Positions 8,738 to 17,845 of a stretch of DNA of 48,321 bases are shown piece by piece. The notes beneath the pieces are model-generated. The model was not told the DNA's origin and searched no databases. It saw only the letters and a list, made by a program, of their open reading frames with translations. A program made the position numbers and the translations under genes. How positions within the stretch are numbered: position 1 is the first letter of the stretch; each line of letters opens with the position of its first letter. Source of the DNA: Candidatus Saccharimonadales bacterium (GTDB lineage: Bacteria > Patescibacteriota > Saccharimonadia > Saccharimonadales > Saccharimonadaceae); the NCBI GenBank assembly GCA_036378995.1, contig DASUVJ010000032.1, forward strand, positions 1 through 48,321, given 5' to 3'.

Positions 8738-9130
8738 TTAAGCCCTCCGTGCCTTACGTGGACGAACACCACCATGTGGTACTCCGGTCACGTCTTTAAT
8801 GCTATCAACGGTAATATCAAAATTACCAAGTGCGCGGATAGCTGCGTCACGACCAAGGCCTACACCCTTGACGAAGACGTCAACAGAGGTAAGACCGTGA
8901 AGTGTCTTTGCTGCTTCTGCGGCTTTTTCAGCAGCAACCTGTGCAGCATATGCAGTACCTTTTTTGCTTCCGCGGAAACCGCAGGCGCCGGCGCTACTAG
9001 CTGTCAATTTGTTGCCTTTTTTGTCAGTAAACGTAACAATCGTGTTGTTGAACGTTGCCTGGATGTGCAGCTGACCAGAAGGAACTGATCGGCGCTGCTT
9101 CTTACGAGTAGATGTTTTAGCTTCAGCCAT
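8738..9130 (-). CDS. rpsK: 30S ribosomal protein S11
   Basis: 130 aa. HIQATFNNTIVTFTD...GFRGSKKGT. Confidence 0.97.
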   Translation of the reverse strand: MAEAKTSTRKKQRRSVPSGQLHIQATFNNTIVTFTDKKGNKLTASSAGACGFRGSKKGTAYAAQVAAEKAAEAAKTLHGLTSVDVFVKGVGLGRDAAIRALGNFDITVDSIKDVTGVPHGGVRPRKARRA

Positions 9131-9145
9131 ATCTCAAATTCCTTT

Positions 9146-9532
9146 CTACGTCTTAGACGCTGCCTTCTTCTGTGTGCCGCCTACTGCGACAGCTTTACCC
9201 TTACGAGTTCGTGCGTTCGTACGAGTACGTTGACCGTTAACTGGAAGTCCTGCCTTGTGGCGAAGTCCGCGGTACGCGTTGACGTCCTTCAAACGCTTAA
9301 TATTATTTGTTACCAAGCGCTGTAGGTCGCCTTCTACGGTATAATCTGCGTCGATTATTTCGCGAAGTCGCTGTTCTTCAGCCTCGGTGAGATCTTTCAC
9401 CCGAGTGGTCGGCTCAATTTTTGCCGCCGCAAGGATGGTCGCTGCAAATTTCGGACCGATGCCGTAAATATACGTCAAAGCGATCTGAACTTGCTTTTCT
9501 GATGGGATAACAACCCCAGCAATTCGAGCCAT
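9146..9532 (-). CDS. rpsM: 30S ribosomal protein S13
   Basis: 128 aa. [10 protein letters not shown]...[10 protein letters not shown]. Confidence 0.97.
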   Translation of the reverse strand: MARIAGVVIPSEKQVQIALTYIYGIGPKFAATILAAAKIEPTTRVKDLTEAEEQRLREIIDADYTVEGDLQRLVTNNIKRLKDVNAYRGLRHKAGLPVNGQRTRTNARTRKGKAVAVGGTQKKAASKT

Positions 9533-9534
9533 GC

Positions 9535-9651
9535 TTAACCCTGCCTTTGCTTATTCTTAGGTTTTTTCTTGTTGATGACACGAAGGCGCCCTTTACGGCG
9601 CACTAACTGGTCATCTGGACTGATTTTCTTAACACTCGCACGAACTTTCAT
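9535..9651 (-). CDS. rpmJ: 50S ribosomal protein L36, Cys-less (zinc-independent type)
   Basis: Below the ORF-track size cut-off. Hand translation gives [38 protein letters not shown] (38 aa). It sits between infA and rpsM as expected. The canonical CxxC...CxxxH ligands are all replaced. Confidence 0.92.
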   Translation of the reverse strand: MKVRASVKKISPDDQLVRRKGRLRVINKKKPKNKQRQG

Positions 9652-9682
9652 GAGTGAAACAAACTCCAGTTTTCCGTTAAAT

Positions 9683-9907
9683 TTAATCTCGCAGGCGGAA
9701 GCTGATTCTGCCCTTCGTAAGATCGTAAGGGGTCAACTCAACTTCAACCTTATCGCCTGGAACAAGACGAATATAATGCTTGCGCATCTTACCCGAAATG
9801 TGGGCGATAATACTATGACCATTCTCAAGTTCGACCCTAAATTGAGTATTAGGCAGTGCTTCCACTACCTTTCCTTGCAATTTAATTACTTCCTTTTGAC
9901 TCGCCAT
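9683..9907 (-). CDS. infA: translation initiation factor IF-1
   Basis: Track frame 9683..9949, with best start ATG 9907 (74 aa): [42 protein letters not shown], an S1-like OB fold. Confidence 0.93.
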   Translation of the reverse strand: MASQKEVIKLQGKVVEALPNTQFRVELENGHSIIAHISGKMRKHYIRLVPGDKVEVELTPYDLTKGRISFRLRD

Positions 9908-9922
9908 AGATAACAGTAGTTG

Positions 9923-9951
9923 ATTATACACGAAACGGCTTGGCGACACAA
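9923..9951 (-). promoter_or_regulatory. sigma70-type promoter for infA-rpmJ-rpsM...
   Basis: Minus strand reads TTGTGT (9946-9951) - 17 nt - TATAAT (9923-9928), 15 nt before ATG 9907. Confidence 0.6.
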
Positions 9952-10062
9952 GCGCTTTTTGAGAGTATCTTCATGCTGGCATAAGCATGAAGCCGATTTG
10001 ATACTCCCATTGTACCGCATCTAGGCGGTGCGTCAAGTGAGCAGCAAATCGGCCAAGGTTTT

Positions 10063-11475
10063 TTACTGGTAATCGTCGTAGGTGACCATAAGGGCACGAG
10101 AGTTGATCTGACGAAGGGTTTCAAGCCCCACCGATACAACAATCAGGAGTCCGGTACCACCAATGGCGAGATTTGCGGCGTTAATACCTAATTGGGCAAA
10201 AATGTATTCTGCACCAAACGGCATGACGGCAATGAGACCAAGCGCAATTGATCCAAACAGGATCAGACGATTAACGGTACGAGAGAGGTATTTCTCAGTC
10301 TGTACGCCGGGGCGAACACCCTCGACAAATCCACCTTGTTTCTGCAGGTTCTCGGCAATTTCGTTGGCATTAAACACGATACCCGTATAGAAGTAAGTAA
10401 ACAGAATCACAAGAACAAAGTAGCTGACCGGGTAAATAAGTGCGGAGAGCGTATCACCCGTAAACGCACCTGGCTGCGGTGCCTGGAACCACGTAATCAG
10501 GTTGTTTGCGAGCTCTAGGTAAGCCGGGTTATTGCTTGCCTTTAAAACCTGCCCGATGAACGCAGGAAGCGACAGGAACGCGACCGCAAAGATTACCGGA
10601 ATCACACCTGCAGCAATCAGTTTGACCGGCAGGATACTCTTTACGCCGCCGTAGCTGCTGTTGCCTTGAACACGCTTTGCGTAATTAATGGTTATGACGC
10701 GTTGAGCCTCATTGATCTTAACGAGCAGATATAGCACTAACAGTGAGACAACGGCAATTGCCAGACACACCCAGAATGCTAATGGGTTAACCGGAACAGT
10801 AAACCATCCGAATACACTTAGTCCGCCGTCTGTAGTGTCCATGAGGGACGTTCCAAGGGTGCTGAGTGTCGATGGCAATTGGCTGATAATACCAGCAAAA
10901 ATCAGAAGGCTAATACCGTTACCGACACCCTGCTCAGTAATAAGCTCACCAAGCCACATAAGCAGGATAGAGCCTGCGGTCATGGCCGTAACGGCAACGA
11001 CCCATTCGATCATTGTCGGGTCGGCAAGCCCTGTTGTATTGCCGGCAAGTACGGTTTGTCGAAGGATGTAAATAAACGCGATCGACTGAATAATCGCCAG
11101 AGGTACACTAAGCATACGTGTCCACTGGTTGATCTTACGACGGCCAGATTCACCGTCCTTATGAAGCTCCTCAAGCCGCGGCACGGCCTTTGTAAGCAGC
11201 TGCGTGATGATCGATGCCGTAATGAACGGGCTTAGTCCTACGAGCACAATCGAGAACTGCGCCAATGCACCACCAGACAGCAGGTTTAAGAACCCACCGA
11301 AATCGGTACCCCCTACGACACTGTTAATCACCTCTTTTAGCTGTGTCGGCTCGGCTAGAGGCACAGGAATATGTGCAAGTAGGCGGTAGGCCACAATAAT
11401 ACCAAGAACAATCAGCAGTCGCTTCTGCATATCCTTGTTTTTGAACGATCGGAAGATAGTTTTCCAGTTCACAGT
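10063..11475 (-). CDS. secY: preprotein translocase subunit SecY
   Basis: The track ORF starts at TTG 11523. GTG 11475 is preferred because GAGAGGG lies 9 nt upstream. It gives VNWKTIFRSFKNKDMQKRLLIVLGIIVAYRLLAHIPVP, the normal SecY N-terminal length, with 10 TM segments. Confidence 0.93.
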   Translation of the reverse strand, partial: TVNWKTIFRSFKNKDMQKRLLIVLGIIVAYRLLAHIPVPLAEPTQLKEVINSVVGGTDFGGFLNLLSGGALAQFSIVLVGLSPFITASIITQLLTKAVPRLEELHKDGESGRRKINQWTRMLSVPLAIIQSIAFIYILRQTVLAGNTTGLADPTMIEWVVAVTAMTAGSILLMWLGELITEQGVGNGISLLIFAGIISQLPSTLSTLGTSLMDTTDGGLSVFGWFTVPVNPLAFWVCLAIAVVSLLVLYLLVKINEAQRVITINYAKRVQGNSSYGGVKSILPVKLIAAGVIPVIFAVAFLSLPAFIGQVLKASNNPAYLELANNLITWFQAPQPGAFTGDTLSALIYPVSYFVLVILFTYFYTGIVFNANEIAENLQKQGGFVEGVRPGVQTEKYLSRTVNRLILFGSIALGLIAVMPFGAEYIFAQLGINAANLAIGGTGLLIVVSVGLETLRQINSRALMVTYDDYQ

Positions 11476-11563
11476 CGTTTTACCCTCTCTATGATCTTCT
11501 TTTATTGCTACTGCCCGTAGCAAAATACTATACGTATTATACTACGGAAAATGCAACAAAGGT

Positions 11564-12043
11564 TTATTTGTCGGCTTTTTCTGCTTCTTTGACAGTCTGC
11601 TTCAGCGGAGTAGCAACCTTTTCAAAGGTACCACCAGCTTTTACGACAGCTTCCTGTACGCTCTTTGATGCAGCCTGAACACGCAGCGTTACCTTTTCTG
11701 TCAGTTCACCGCGAGCGATGATTTTAACAGTGTGAAAAGGAGTTGCGATAAGACCAGCTTCAAACAATGATGCGTTGTCGACAGTTTTGCCCTTGAATGC
11801 GTTCAAGTGATCAAGATAGACAACCTGAGCAGGAGTACGAAGGCTCTTAAAACCACGTGCTTTAGGCGTGCGGCGTACGAGTGAGCCTGAACCACCCTGG
11901 AAAGTTGCGTTCAGCTTCTTACCCGTACGTGAACCCTGACCCTTAGTACCACGACCAGCAGTTTTACCCTGGCCACCCGCGATACCGCGTCCAACGCGCT
12001 TCTTGTCTTTGTTAGCGCCAACCTGGAGTTCGTTGTATTTCAT
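11564..12043 (-). CDS. rplO: 50S ribosomal protein L15
   Basis: 159 aa. KRVGRGIAGGQGKTAGRGTKGQ. Confidence 0.97.
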   Translation of the reverse strand: MKYNELQVGANKDKKRVGRGIAGGQGKTAGRGTKGQGSRTGKKLNATFQGGSGSLVRRTPKARGFKSLRTPAQVVYLDHLNAFKGKTVDNASLFEAGLIATPFHTVKIIARGELTEKVTLRVQAASKSVQEAVVKAGGTFEKVATPLKQTVKEAEKADK

Positions 12044-12609
12044 TACTTGTCCTCCTTCTTAGCTGCTTTCTTTGCAGGAGCAGCGTTGAGCCACTCTTCC
12101 TTAGGAACGAGGCTGCGAAGTGCTTCGATAGTCGCGTAAGCAATGTTCACCTTGTTTGTAGAACCGAGTGACTTTGAAAGCATGTTTCGAACACCAGTTA
12201 CACCAAGAATCTGACGAACAACACCACCGGCAATAATACCGGTACCAGGAGCGGCAGGTTTGATCAGAACGCGTGCGCCTGAAAGCTTCACTTCTGCGTC
12301 GTGAGGGATTGTATCCTTTACGACAGGGATTGTAATCATGTTCTTCTTAGCAACATCAGTAGCTTTAGCGATTGCAGTCTGAACGTCTGCACCCTTAGAT
12401 ACACCGACGCCAACCTTGTTTTTGCGGTCACCCACAACAACAAGTGCCTTGAATCGGAAGCGACGTCCACCCTTTACCACACGGGCAACACGGTCGATGT
12501 TGATTACCAGCTCTTCGAACTGCTTTGGCTCGGCAGGTGCCTGGTCGCGACGGTTGTCACGGCGAGGAGCACGAGGCGAGCGAGTGTTAGTAGTAGCTTG
12601 TTCAGCCAT
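12043..12609 (-). CDS. rpsE: 30S ribosomal protein S5
   Basis: Best start is ATG 12609 (MAEQATT.., 188 aa), 1 nt after the rplR stop. Contains VVKGGRRFRFKALVVVGD. Its stop overlaps the rplO start, so there is no rpmD in between. Confidence 0.96.
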   Translation of the reverse strand: MAEQATTNTRSPRAPRRDNRRDQAPAEPKQFEELVINIDRVARVVKGGRRFRFKALVVVGDRKNKVGVGVSKGADVQTAIAKATDVAKKNMITIPVVKDTIPHDAEVKLSGARVLIKPAAPGTGIIAGGVVRQILGVTGVRNMLSKSLGSTNKVNIAYATIEALRSLVPKEEWLNAAPAKKAAKKEDK

Positions 12610-12610
12610 A

Positions 12611-12964
12611 TTAGAACTCCAAACCTTCCTTGCGTGCAGCATCAGCCAGAGCGCTCAGGCGGCCAGCGTACTGACGGCCGTTGCGGTCAAACACGACTGC
12701 GTTAATCTTAGCTTTTTTAGCCTTCTTAGCGATCTCGGTGCCGATAATAGCAGCCTTCTCACCAAGAGAACCAGTGTGCTTTGCACCGACAGTCGTTGCA
12801 GCAGCGATAGTGTGCTGCTTCACGTCGTCGATGATCTGCGCGCTAATGTGCTTGTTGCTGATCGTAACAGTCAAGCGTGGGCGTTCAGCAGTACCAGATA
12901 CTTTGCTGCGTACGCGGTTTTTGCGCAGTGACTTGTTGAGCAGTTTTTTAGCGAGGTCGTTCAT
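12611..12964 (-). CDS. rplR: 50S ribosomal protein L18
   Basis: 117 aa. RPRLTVTISNKHISAQIIDD. Confidence 0.97.
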   Translation of the reverse strand: MNDLAKKLLNKSLRKNRVRSKVSGTAERPRLTVTISNKHISAQIIDDVKQHTIAAATTVGAKHTGSLGEKAAIIGTEIAKKAKKAKINAVVFDRNGRQYAGRLSALADAARKEGLEF

Positions 12965-12966
12965 GA

Positions 12967-13500
12967 CTACTTACCAGCCTTTCCTGCCTTGCGAAGGATT
13001 ACTTCATCGGCATACTTAATACCTTTACCCTTGTAAGGTTCAGGTTTCTTCAGGGCGCGGATTTCAGCTGCGACCTGACCAACTTGCTGCTTGTCGATAC
13101 CTGAAACGGTGATTTCCATCTTGTTGGTCGTAATAGTAACACCTGCTGGCGCTTCGTATTTGACCGGGTGGCTAAAGCCAAGGCTCATTTCAAGTACTGA
13201 ACCGCTCATGCCAACACGGAAACCAACTCCGTTGACTTCAAGTTTCTTTTCAAAGCCCTTTGTTACACCGTCAACAGCATTGTTGAGGAGGGCGCGCTGC
13301 AAACCATGCTGCGCTTTAGCGATGCGCTCGTCATCCTTACGGGTAACGATCGCTTCTGTACCTTCGATAGCGACAGTAACGTCACTCAAGTGAGGTACAG
13401 TCAGTTCGCCCTTAGGGCCTTTGACTGAAATATCACTTGAGCCGACCGTGATTGTCACACCGGCGGGTACCTGGATTGGTAGTTTTCCGATTCGACTCAT
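12967..13500 (-). CDS. rplF: 50S ribosomal protein L6
   Basis: 177 aa. MSRIGKLPIQVPAGVTI. The AAGGAG RBS lies inside the end of the upstream small ORF. Confidence 0.97.
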   Translation of the reverse strand: MSRIGKLPIQVPAGVTITVGSSDISVKGPKGELTVPHLSDVTVAIEGTEAIVTRKDDERIAKAQHGLQRALLNNAVDGVTKGFEKKLEVNGVGFRVGMSGSVLEMSLGFSHPVKYEAPAGVTITTNKMEITVSGIDKQQVGQVAAEIRALKKPEPYKGKGIKYADEVILRKAGKAGK

Positions 13501-13502
13501 AT

Positions 13503-13643
13503 CTACTCCTTAGTCCTTTTCTCTTTCTTATTCTTTACGATGATTCCGATAGCGACGATCGCCGTTACCAGAACAACGACACCGATGGCGATTGTTAAGG
13601 TAATAACGCCGTTGCCTGTGCTAAGTACTGGGGTACTCTGCAT
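13503..13643 (-). CDS. 46-aa single-pass transmembrane peptide encoded between rpsH and rplF
   Basis: Not in the ORF track. Hand translation gives MQSTPVLSTGNGVITLTIAIGVVVLVTAIVAIGIIVKNKKEKRTKE. The ATG lies 5 nt after the rpsH stop and the TAG lies 2 nt before the rplF ATG. A hydrophobic core of about 24 residues is followed by a Lys-rich tail. Confidence 0.6.
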   Translation of the reverse strand: MQSTPVLSTGNGVITLTIAIGVVVLVTAIVAIGIIVKNKKEKRTKE

Positions 13644-13648
13644 TGGAA

Positions 13649-14050
13649 CTAGTATACCTTAAGCAATAATTCGCCACCAAGACGCTGCTTAACAGCTTCC
13701 TGGCCGGTGATCACACCCTTGCTGGTGCTTACCAGAACCATACCACGGCCGCTTTTAACGCGTGGGATGTCTGCTGCTGCCACGTAAATGCGGCGGCCTG
13801 GCTTGCTCATTCGGGTGATCTCGTTGATAACGCTGTTTTCGCCTGGCTTGTTGATAGTGATTACCAACGTGTCGCGAGGCTTGCCAGCTTCTACCTTAAC
13901 ATCTGCAAGGTAGTTGTTCTTCTTAAGCTGCTGGGCGATAACGACCTTCAGCTTGCTTGAAGGAACACGTACTTCGGTCTTACCAACCATGACAGCATTA
14001 CGAATGCGGGTCAGAAGGTCGGCGATTGGGTCAGTTGATTGTAGTGACAT
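13649..14050 (-). CDS. rpsH: 30S ribosomal protein S8
   Basis: 133 aa. DPIADLLTRIRNA. Confidence 0.97.
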   Translation of the reverse strand: MSLQSTDPIADLLTRIRNAVMVGKTEVRVPSSKLKVVIAQQLKKNNYLADVKVEAGKPRDTLVITINKPGENSVINEITRMSKPGRRIYVAAADIPRVKSGRGMVLVSTSKGVITGQEAVKQRLGGELLLKVY

Positions 14051-14068
14051 ATCTTATTCCTTTCCTTC

Positions 14069-14338
14069 TTACCAACTACTCTTCGTTACACCAGGGATTT
14101 CACCCTTTGATGCTTTTTCACGGAAGTTAATACGGTTCAAGCCGAACTTACGCATGTAAGCGCGAGGACGACCAGAGAGAACGTCACGGTTCTTCCAGCG
14201 GACAGGGCTGCTGTTGTTAGGAAGCTTCTGGAGGCCTTCGAGGTCGCCGAGTTCTTTCAGTTCAGCACGCTTAGCCGCGTATTTTACGATCAGCTTTTTA
14301 CGCTTTTCGTCACGAGCGATCATAGATTTCTTAGCCAT
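14069..14338 (-). CDS. rpsN: 30S ribosomal protein S14 (long, Cys-less form)
   Basis: 89 aa. [16 protein letters not shown]...[18 protein letters not shown]...W. Confidence 0.96.
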   Translation of the reverse strand: MAKKSMIARDEKRKKLIVKYAAKRAELKELGDLEGLQKLPNNSSPVRWKNRDVLSGRPRAYMRKFGLNRINFREKASKGEIPGVTKSSW

Positions 14339-14916
14339 TAGCGATTGCCTCCTTCTTTTTCAAACGGCATACCGAACTTCTCAAGCAGTACGCGTGAGTG
14401 AGCAGCGTCTTCGTTCTTGATAGTGAACGTGATCTGCAAACCGTGGAGCAGCTGAGTTTCTTCGAATGTCAGTTCTGGGAAGATTGATTGTTCGACGACA
14501 CCGAGGTTGTAGTTACCACCCTTGTCAAACTTGGTCTTTACGCCGTGGAAGTCACGTACGCGAGGAAGGCTAACGTTAGCAAGACGGTCGAGGAACTCGT
14601 ACATACGAGCACCGCGAAGCGTTACGCTGATACCAACACGGTTCATGCCTGCGCGAATCTTGAATCCAGCGATAGACTTTTTAGCCATGCGGTCAACTGG
14701 CTGTTGGCCAGTGATCTTTGTCAGCGTGTTACGTACGACTTCGTAATAACGTTTGTCGTCTTTATTTTTGCCGATTCCTACGCTTACCGTGATTTTCTCG
14801 AGTTTTGGTACTTGGTGTACGTTACCGAGGTTTAATTCGGCTTGTAGTTCTTTGACAAACTTCTCTTTGTACAAAGCTTTCAAGCGAGGAGTCGTTGGTG
14901 TAGTAGCTTTAGCCAT
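14338..14916 (-). CDS. rplE: 50S ribosomal protein L5
   Basis: 192 aa. [18 protein letters not shown]. Confidence 0.97.
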   Translation of the reverse strand: MAKATTPTTPRLKALYKEKFVKELQAELNLGNVHQVPKLEKITVSVGIGKNKDDKRYYEVVRNTLTKITGQQPVDRMAKKSIAGFKIRAGMNRVGISVTLRGARMYEFLDRLANVSLPRVRDFHGVKTKFDKGGNYNLGVVEQSIFPELTFEETQLLHGLQITFTIKNEDAAHSRVLLEKFGMPFEKEGGNR

Positions 14917-15239
14917 TACTTGATCTCCTTATTCTTTAGCTGACGTGCAACACGAGCCTTAGCGCCATCTGCAGACTTGGTGTAGCCGACGCGGCTGGTC
15001 TTGCCAGCTTTTTCGTCAACAACAAGCGCAAGCTTGTGCAGAGGAGTTGGGACGTGGATGTCTTTTGAGCCGCCGCGTGGGTTAAGCTGTGACGGCTTAA
15101 CGTGACGATGCTTGGTGCCGACACCTTCGACGAGGGCTGCGTTCTTCTTTGAAAGAACAGCAACAACCTTACCGGTGGTACCTTTTTTAGCACCAGAGAT
15201 GATCTTTACAAGATCGTCTTTTTGAATACGCTGTGCCAT
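14916..15239 (-). CDS. rplX: 50S ribosomal protein L24
   Basis: Best start is ATG 15239 (107 aa): MAQRIQKDDLVKIISGAKKGTTGKV, a KOW motif. Track start 15260 would overlap rplN. Confidence 0.96.
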   Translation of the reverse strand: MAQRIQKDDLVKIISGAKKGTTGKVVAVLSKKNAALVEGVGTKHRHVKPSQLNPRGGSKDIHVPTPLHKLALVVDEKAGKTSRVGYTKSADGAKARVARQLKNKEIK

Positions 15240-15240
15240 A

Positions 15241-15609
15241 TTAGAGTACCTCCGGAGCAAGGCTAATGATCTTTGAGTATCCTAGGTCACGAAGTTCGCG
15301 AGGAACTGGGCCGAATACACGAGTCGCCTTAGGGTTTTTGTCGTCGTTAATAATAACAGCGGCATTGTCGTCAAAAGCGATAGTGCTGCCGTCTTTACGC
15401 TGAATTTGGTCGCGGGTACGAACAACAACAGCCTTAACAACAGACTTCTTTTTAACGTTACCGGTTGGGTTTGCCTGCTTTACGGTAGCGACAATGATGT
15501 CGCCAACGCGAGCGTAGCGGCGCTTTGTACCACCGAGAACACGGATACAAAGGATTTCCTTCGCACCACTGTTGTCGGTTACTTTAAGACGGGTTTCCTG
15601 CTGAATCAT
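15241..15609 (-). CDS. rplN: 50S ribosomal protein L14
   Basis: 122 aa. [18 protein letters not shown]. Confidence 0.97.
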   Translation of the reverse strand: MIQQETRLKVTDNSGAKEILCIRVLGGTKRRYARVGDIIVATVKQANPTGNVKKKSVVKAVVVRTRDQIQRKDGSTIAFDDNAAVIINDDKNPKATRVFGPVPRELRDLGYSKIISLAPEVL

Positions 15610-15610
15610 G

Positions 15611-15892
15611 TTACTTTACCTCAGCTCCGTCTTCTTTTAGTTCAATAGAGCCACGTGACTTTTCGTCGATGTGGTCAAGCACGAATGCTTTGCTCTTTGA
15701 AACTGGGCGAGATTCACGGATAGTGACTTTGTCACCCTTTTTCGCCTCGTTGTTTTCGTCGTGGGCTGCGTATTTGCGGTTTACAGTGTACTGCTTGCCA
15801 TAAATAGGATGCGTTTCACGACTAGTAACAGTGACGGTGATAGTTTTATCGTTGACGTCCGAAGTCACGATACCGGTCAGTGTCTTGGCCAT
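15611..15892 (-). CDS. rpsQ: 30S ribosomal protein S17
   Basis: 93 aa. [20 protein letters not shown] fold, in the expected operon position. Confidence 0.96.
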   Translation of the reverse strand: MAKTLTGIVTSDVNDKTITVTVTSRETHPIYGKQYTVNRKYAAHDENNEAKKGDKVTIRESRPVSKSKAFVLDHIDEKSRGSIELKEDGAEVK

Positions 15893-15893
15893 A

Positions 15894-16115
15894 TTAGTTA
15901 CTTCCTTTCTCGCTCAACTCAGCTGCTCGGATAGCAGTGTGAAGACGCGCGATTTCTTTCTTGGTTGCAGTAAGAACGCGTGGGTTCGCGAGCTCACCGG
16001 CGGCGTGGCCGCGTTTTGCTTCCAAGAGGTCAGCCTGCTTGGTAGCAAGATCAGTACGAAGCTGTTCGATAGTTTTCACTTCTTCAGCCTTCTTCGTGGT
16101 TTTCTTGTCTGCCAT
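15894..16115 (-). CDS. rpmC: 50S ribosomal protein L29
   Basis: 73 aa helical protein between rplP and rpsQ. Confidence 0.95.
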   Translation of the reverse strand: MADKKTTKKAEEVKTIEQLRTDLATKQADLLEAKRGHAAGELANPRVLTATKKEIARLHTAIRAAELSEKGSN

Positions 16116-16117
16116 AA

Positions 16118-16531
16118 CTATGCTTCCTCTCGCTTGATGAATTTAGTCTTAACTGGAAGCTTGTGAGCCGCAAGACGCATCGCCTCGCGAGCTACTTCCT
16201 CGTCAACACCCTTCATCTCAAACAATACAGTTCCGGCCTTCACCTTAGCGGCGAAGAACTCAGGGTTACCCTTACCACTACCCATCTTTACATCCTGTGG
16301 CTTGCGCGTACGAGGAGTGTGCGGGAAGATACGGATCCAGATTTTACCACCACGCTTGATGTAGCGGGTCATTGCCTGACGAGCAGATTCGATCTGTCGT
16401 GAGGTAACGTCATTGTTTGACTGTGACTGAAGTGCGTAATCACCAAAAGCGATATAGTGACCGCGGCTGGCAACGCCAGTGTTGGTACCTTTACGAACTT
16501 TTCGATACTTAGTTTTCTTTGGTAACAGCAT
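16118..16531 (-). CDS. rplP: 50S ribosomal protein L16
   Basis: 137 aa. [15 protein letters not shown]. Confidence 0.97.
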   Translation of the reverse strand: MLLPKKTKYRKVRKGTNTGVASRGHYIAFGDYALQSQSNNDVTSRQIESARQAMTRYIKRGGKIWIRIFPHTPRTRKPQDVKMGSGKGNPEFFAAKVKAGTVLFEMKGVDEEVAREAMRLAAHKLPVKTKFIKREEA

Positions 16532-16536
16532 ATCGA

Positions 16537-17166
16537 TTAGCTCCTTTCGCCCTTGTAGATCCAGACCTTCACACCGATGATACCGGCAGGAGTCTGCGCA
16601 CGAGCAGTGTGGAAGTCGATGTCAGCGCGCAGCGTGTGCAGCGGTACTGAACCTTCGATTACCTTTTCGCGGCGAGCCATCTCAGCGTTGTTCAAACGGC
16701 CTGCTACCTCGATACGAATACCTTTGGCACCAGCGTTCATTGTGTTCTGAGCTGACATCTTCGTTGCGCGGCGGAAATTGATGCGACGTTCGAGCTGACG
16801 AGCGATGTTCTCGGCAACAAGCTTCGCAGCAAGTTCTGGACGCTTTACTTCTTCGATGTTGATACGAACCGGCAGGCTGGCGATCTTTTCGATCTGAGCC
16901 TTAAGTTCCGTAACACCTGCACCACCACGACCGATCACAACACCGGCTTTTGCAGTGTGGATAGTAATAGTAATGAGGTTTGCCGAACGTTCAATCTCGA
17001 TACGGTTGATCGTTGGGCGAGATGCGAACTTCTTTTCGATCAGTTCGCGGATCTTAATGTCTTCCGCAAGCCACTTGGCAAAGTCACGCTTACCGGCGAA
17101 CCAGCGTGAATCCCAGTTCTTGTGAACCTGCAAACGGAAGCTAATTGGGTTTACTTTTTGGCCCAT
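16537..17166 (-). CDS. rpsC: 30S ribosomal protein S3
   Basis: 209 aa. [12 protein letters not shown] plus a KH domain. Confidence 0.97.
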   Translation of the reverse strand: MGQKVNPISFRLQVHKNWDSRWFAGKRDFAKWLAEDIKIRELIEKKFASRPTINRIEIERSANLITITIHTAKAGVVIGRGGAGVTELKAQIEKIASLPVRINIEEVKRPELAAKLVAENIARQLERRINFRRATKMSAQNTMNAGAKGIRIEVAGRLNNAEMARREKVIEGSVPLHTLRADIDFHTARAQTPAGIIGVKVWIYKGERS

Positions 17167-17576
17167 TATTTGCTCTCCTTTGTTGCTGGCTTGTCAGCGG
17201 CAGGTTTTGCAGCTGGCTTCTTCTTAGGTTTTTCAACACCAGATACTTCAACCAGGATGTGGCTTGAGCGCTTCTGGAATGGAAGTGCACGGCCGCGTGA
17301 TGCTGGCTTGAAGCGCTTGAGTCGAGGACCCGAAGTAACACTAAGCGTGCTGATTTCGAGTGTCTTACCGTCAAGACCATGGTTGTTTACTGCGTTAGCC
17401 TGAGCGCTCGCGATTACCTTTTTAACAGGCAATGCTGCACGCTTAGGAGTGTGCTCAAGGATAACAAGCGCGTCGGCGACAGAACGGCCGCGAACCAGGC
17501 TAGCAACCAAACCGACTTTACGTGGAGTCTGGTCAACACCCTTGGCGTATGCGCGTACAAATTTCATGTCCGCCAT
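17166..17576 (-). CDS. rplV: 50S ribosomal protein L22
   Basis: 136 aa. ARAYAKGVDQTPRKVGLVASLVRG, with a Lys/Ala/Pro-rich C-terminal tail. Confidence 0.96.
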   Translation of the reverse strand: MADMKFVRAYAKGVDQTPRKVGLVASLVRGRSVADALVILEHTPKRAALPVKKVIASAQANAVNNHGLDGKTLEISTLSVTSGPRLKRFKPASRGRALPFQKRSSHILVEVSGVEKPKKKPAAKPAADKPATKESK

Positions 17577-17842
17577 TACTTCTTATCCTTTCCACCGTGC
17601 TTGCGGAACTTACGAGTTGGGCTAAACTCACCGAGTTTGTGACCAACCATGTTTTCCGATACGAGCACAGGTACGTGTACACGGCCGTTGTGAACAGCGA
17701 TCGTGCGGCCTACCATCTCTGGGGTAATCGTGCTGGCACGAGCCCAAGTCTTGATGATAGTACGGTCCGTAGTTCCAAGCGCCGCCACTTTTTTAGCGAG
17801 CTTGAAGTCGACGAATGGGCCTTTTTTGAGTGATCGACTCAT
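17576..17842 (-). CDS. rpsS: 30S ribosomal protein S19
   Basis: 88 aa. [12 protein letters not shown]. Confidence 0.97.
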   Translation of the reverse strand: MSRSLKKGPFVDFKLAKKVAALGTTDRTIIKTWARASTITPEMVGRTIAVHNGRVHVPVLVSENMVGHKLGEFSPTRKFRKHGGKDKK

Positions 17843-17845
17843 ATA

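Noticed and set aside
8495-9088. Long antisense or out-of-frame ORFs inside conserved genes (for example 8495..9088, 10712..11071, 30830..31444, 31469..32080, 39765..40271, 12416..12931)
   Set aside because: They are fully embedded in ribosomal protein, secY, fusA or rpoB coding sequence, and their low-complexity translations have no start signals. They are ordinary frame shadows.
9924-10142. 72-aa ORF across the secY 3' end and the secY-infA spacer
   Set aside because: It overlaps the secY C-terminus out of frame and covers the infA promoter. It has no RBS and an implausible composition.
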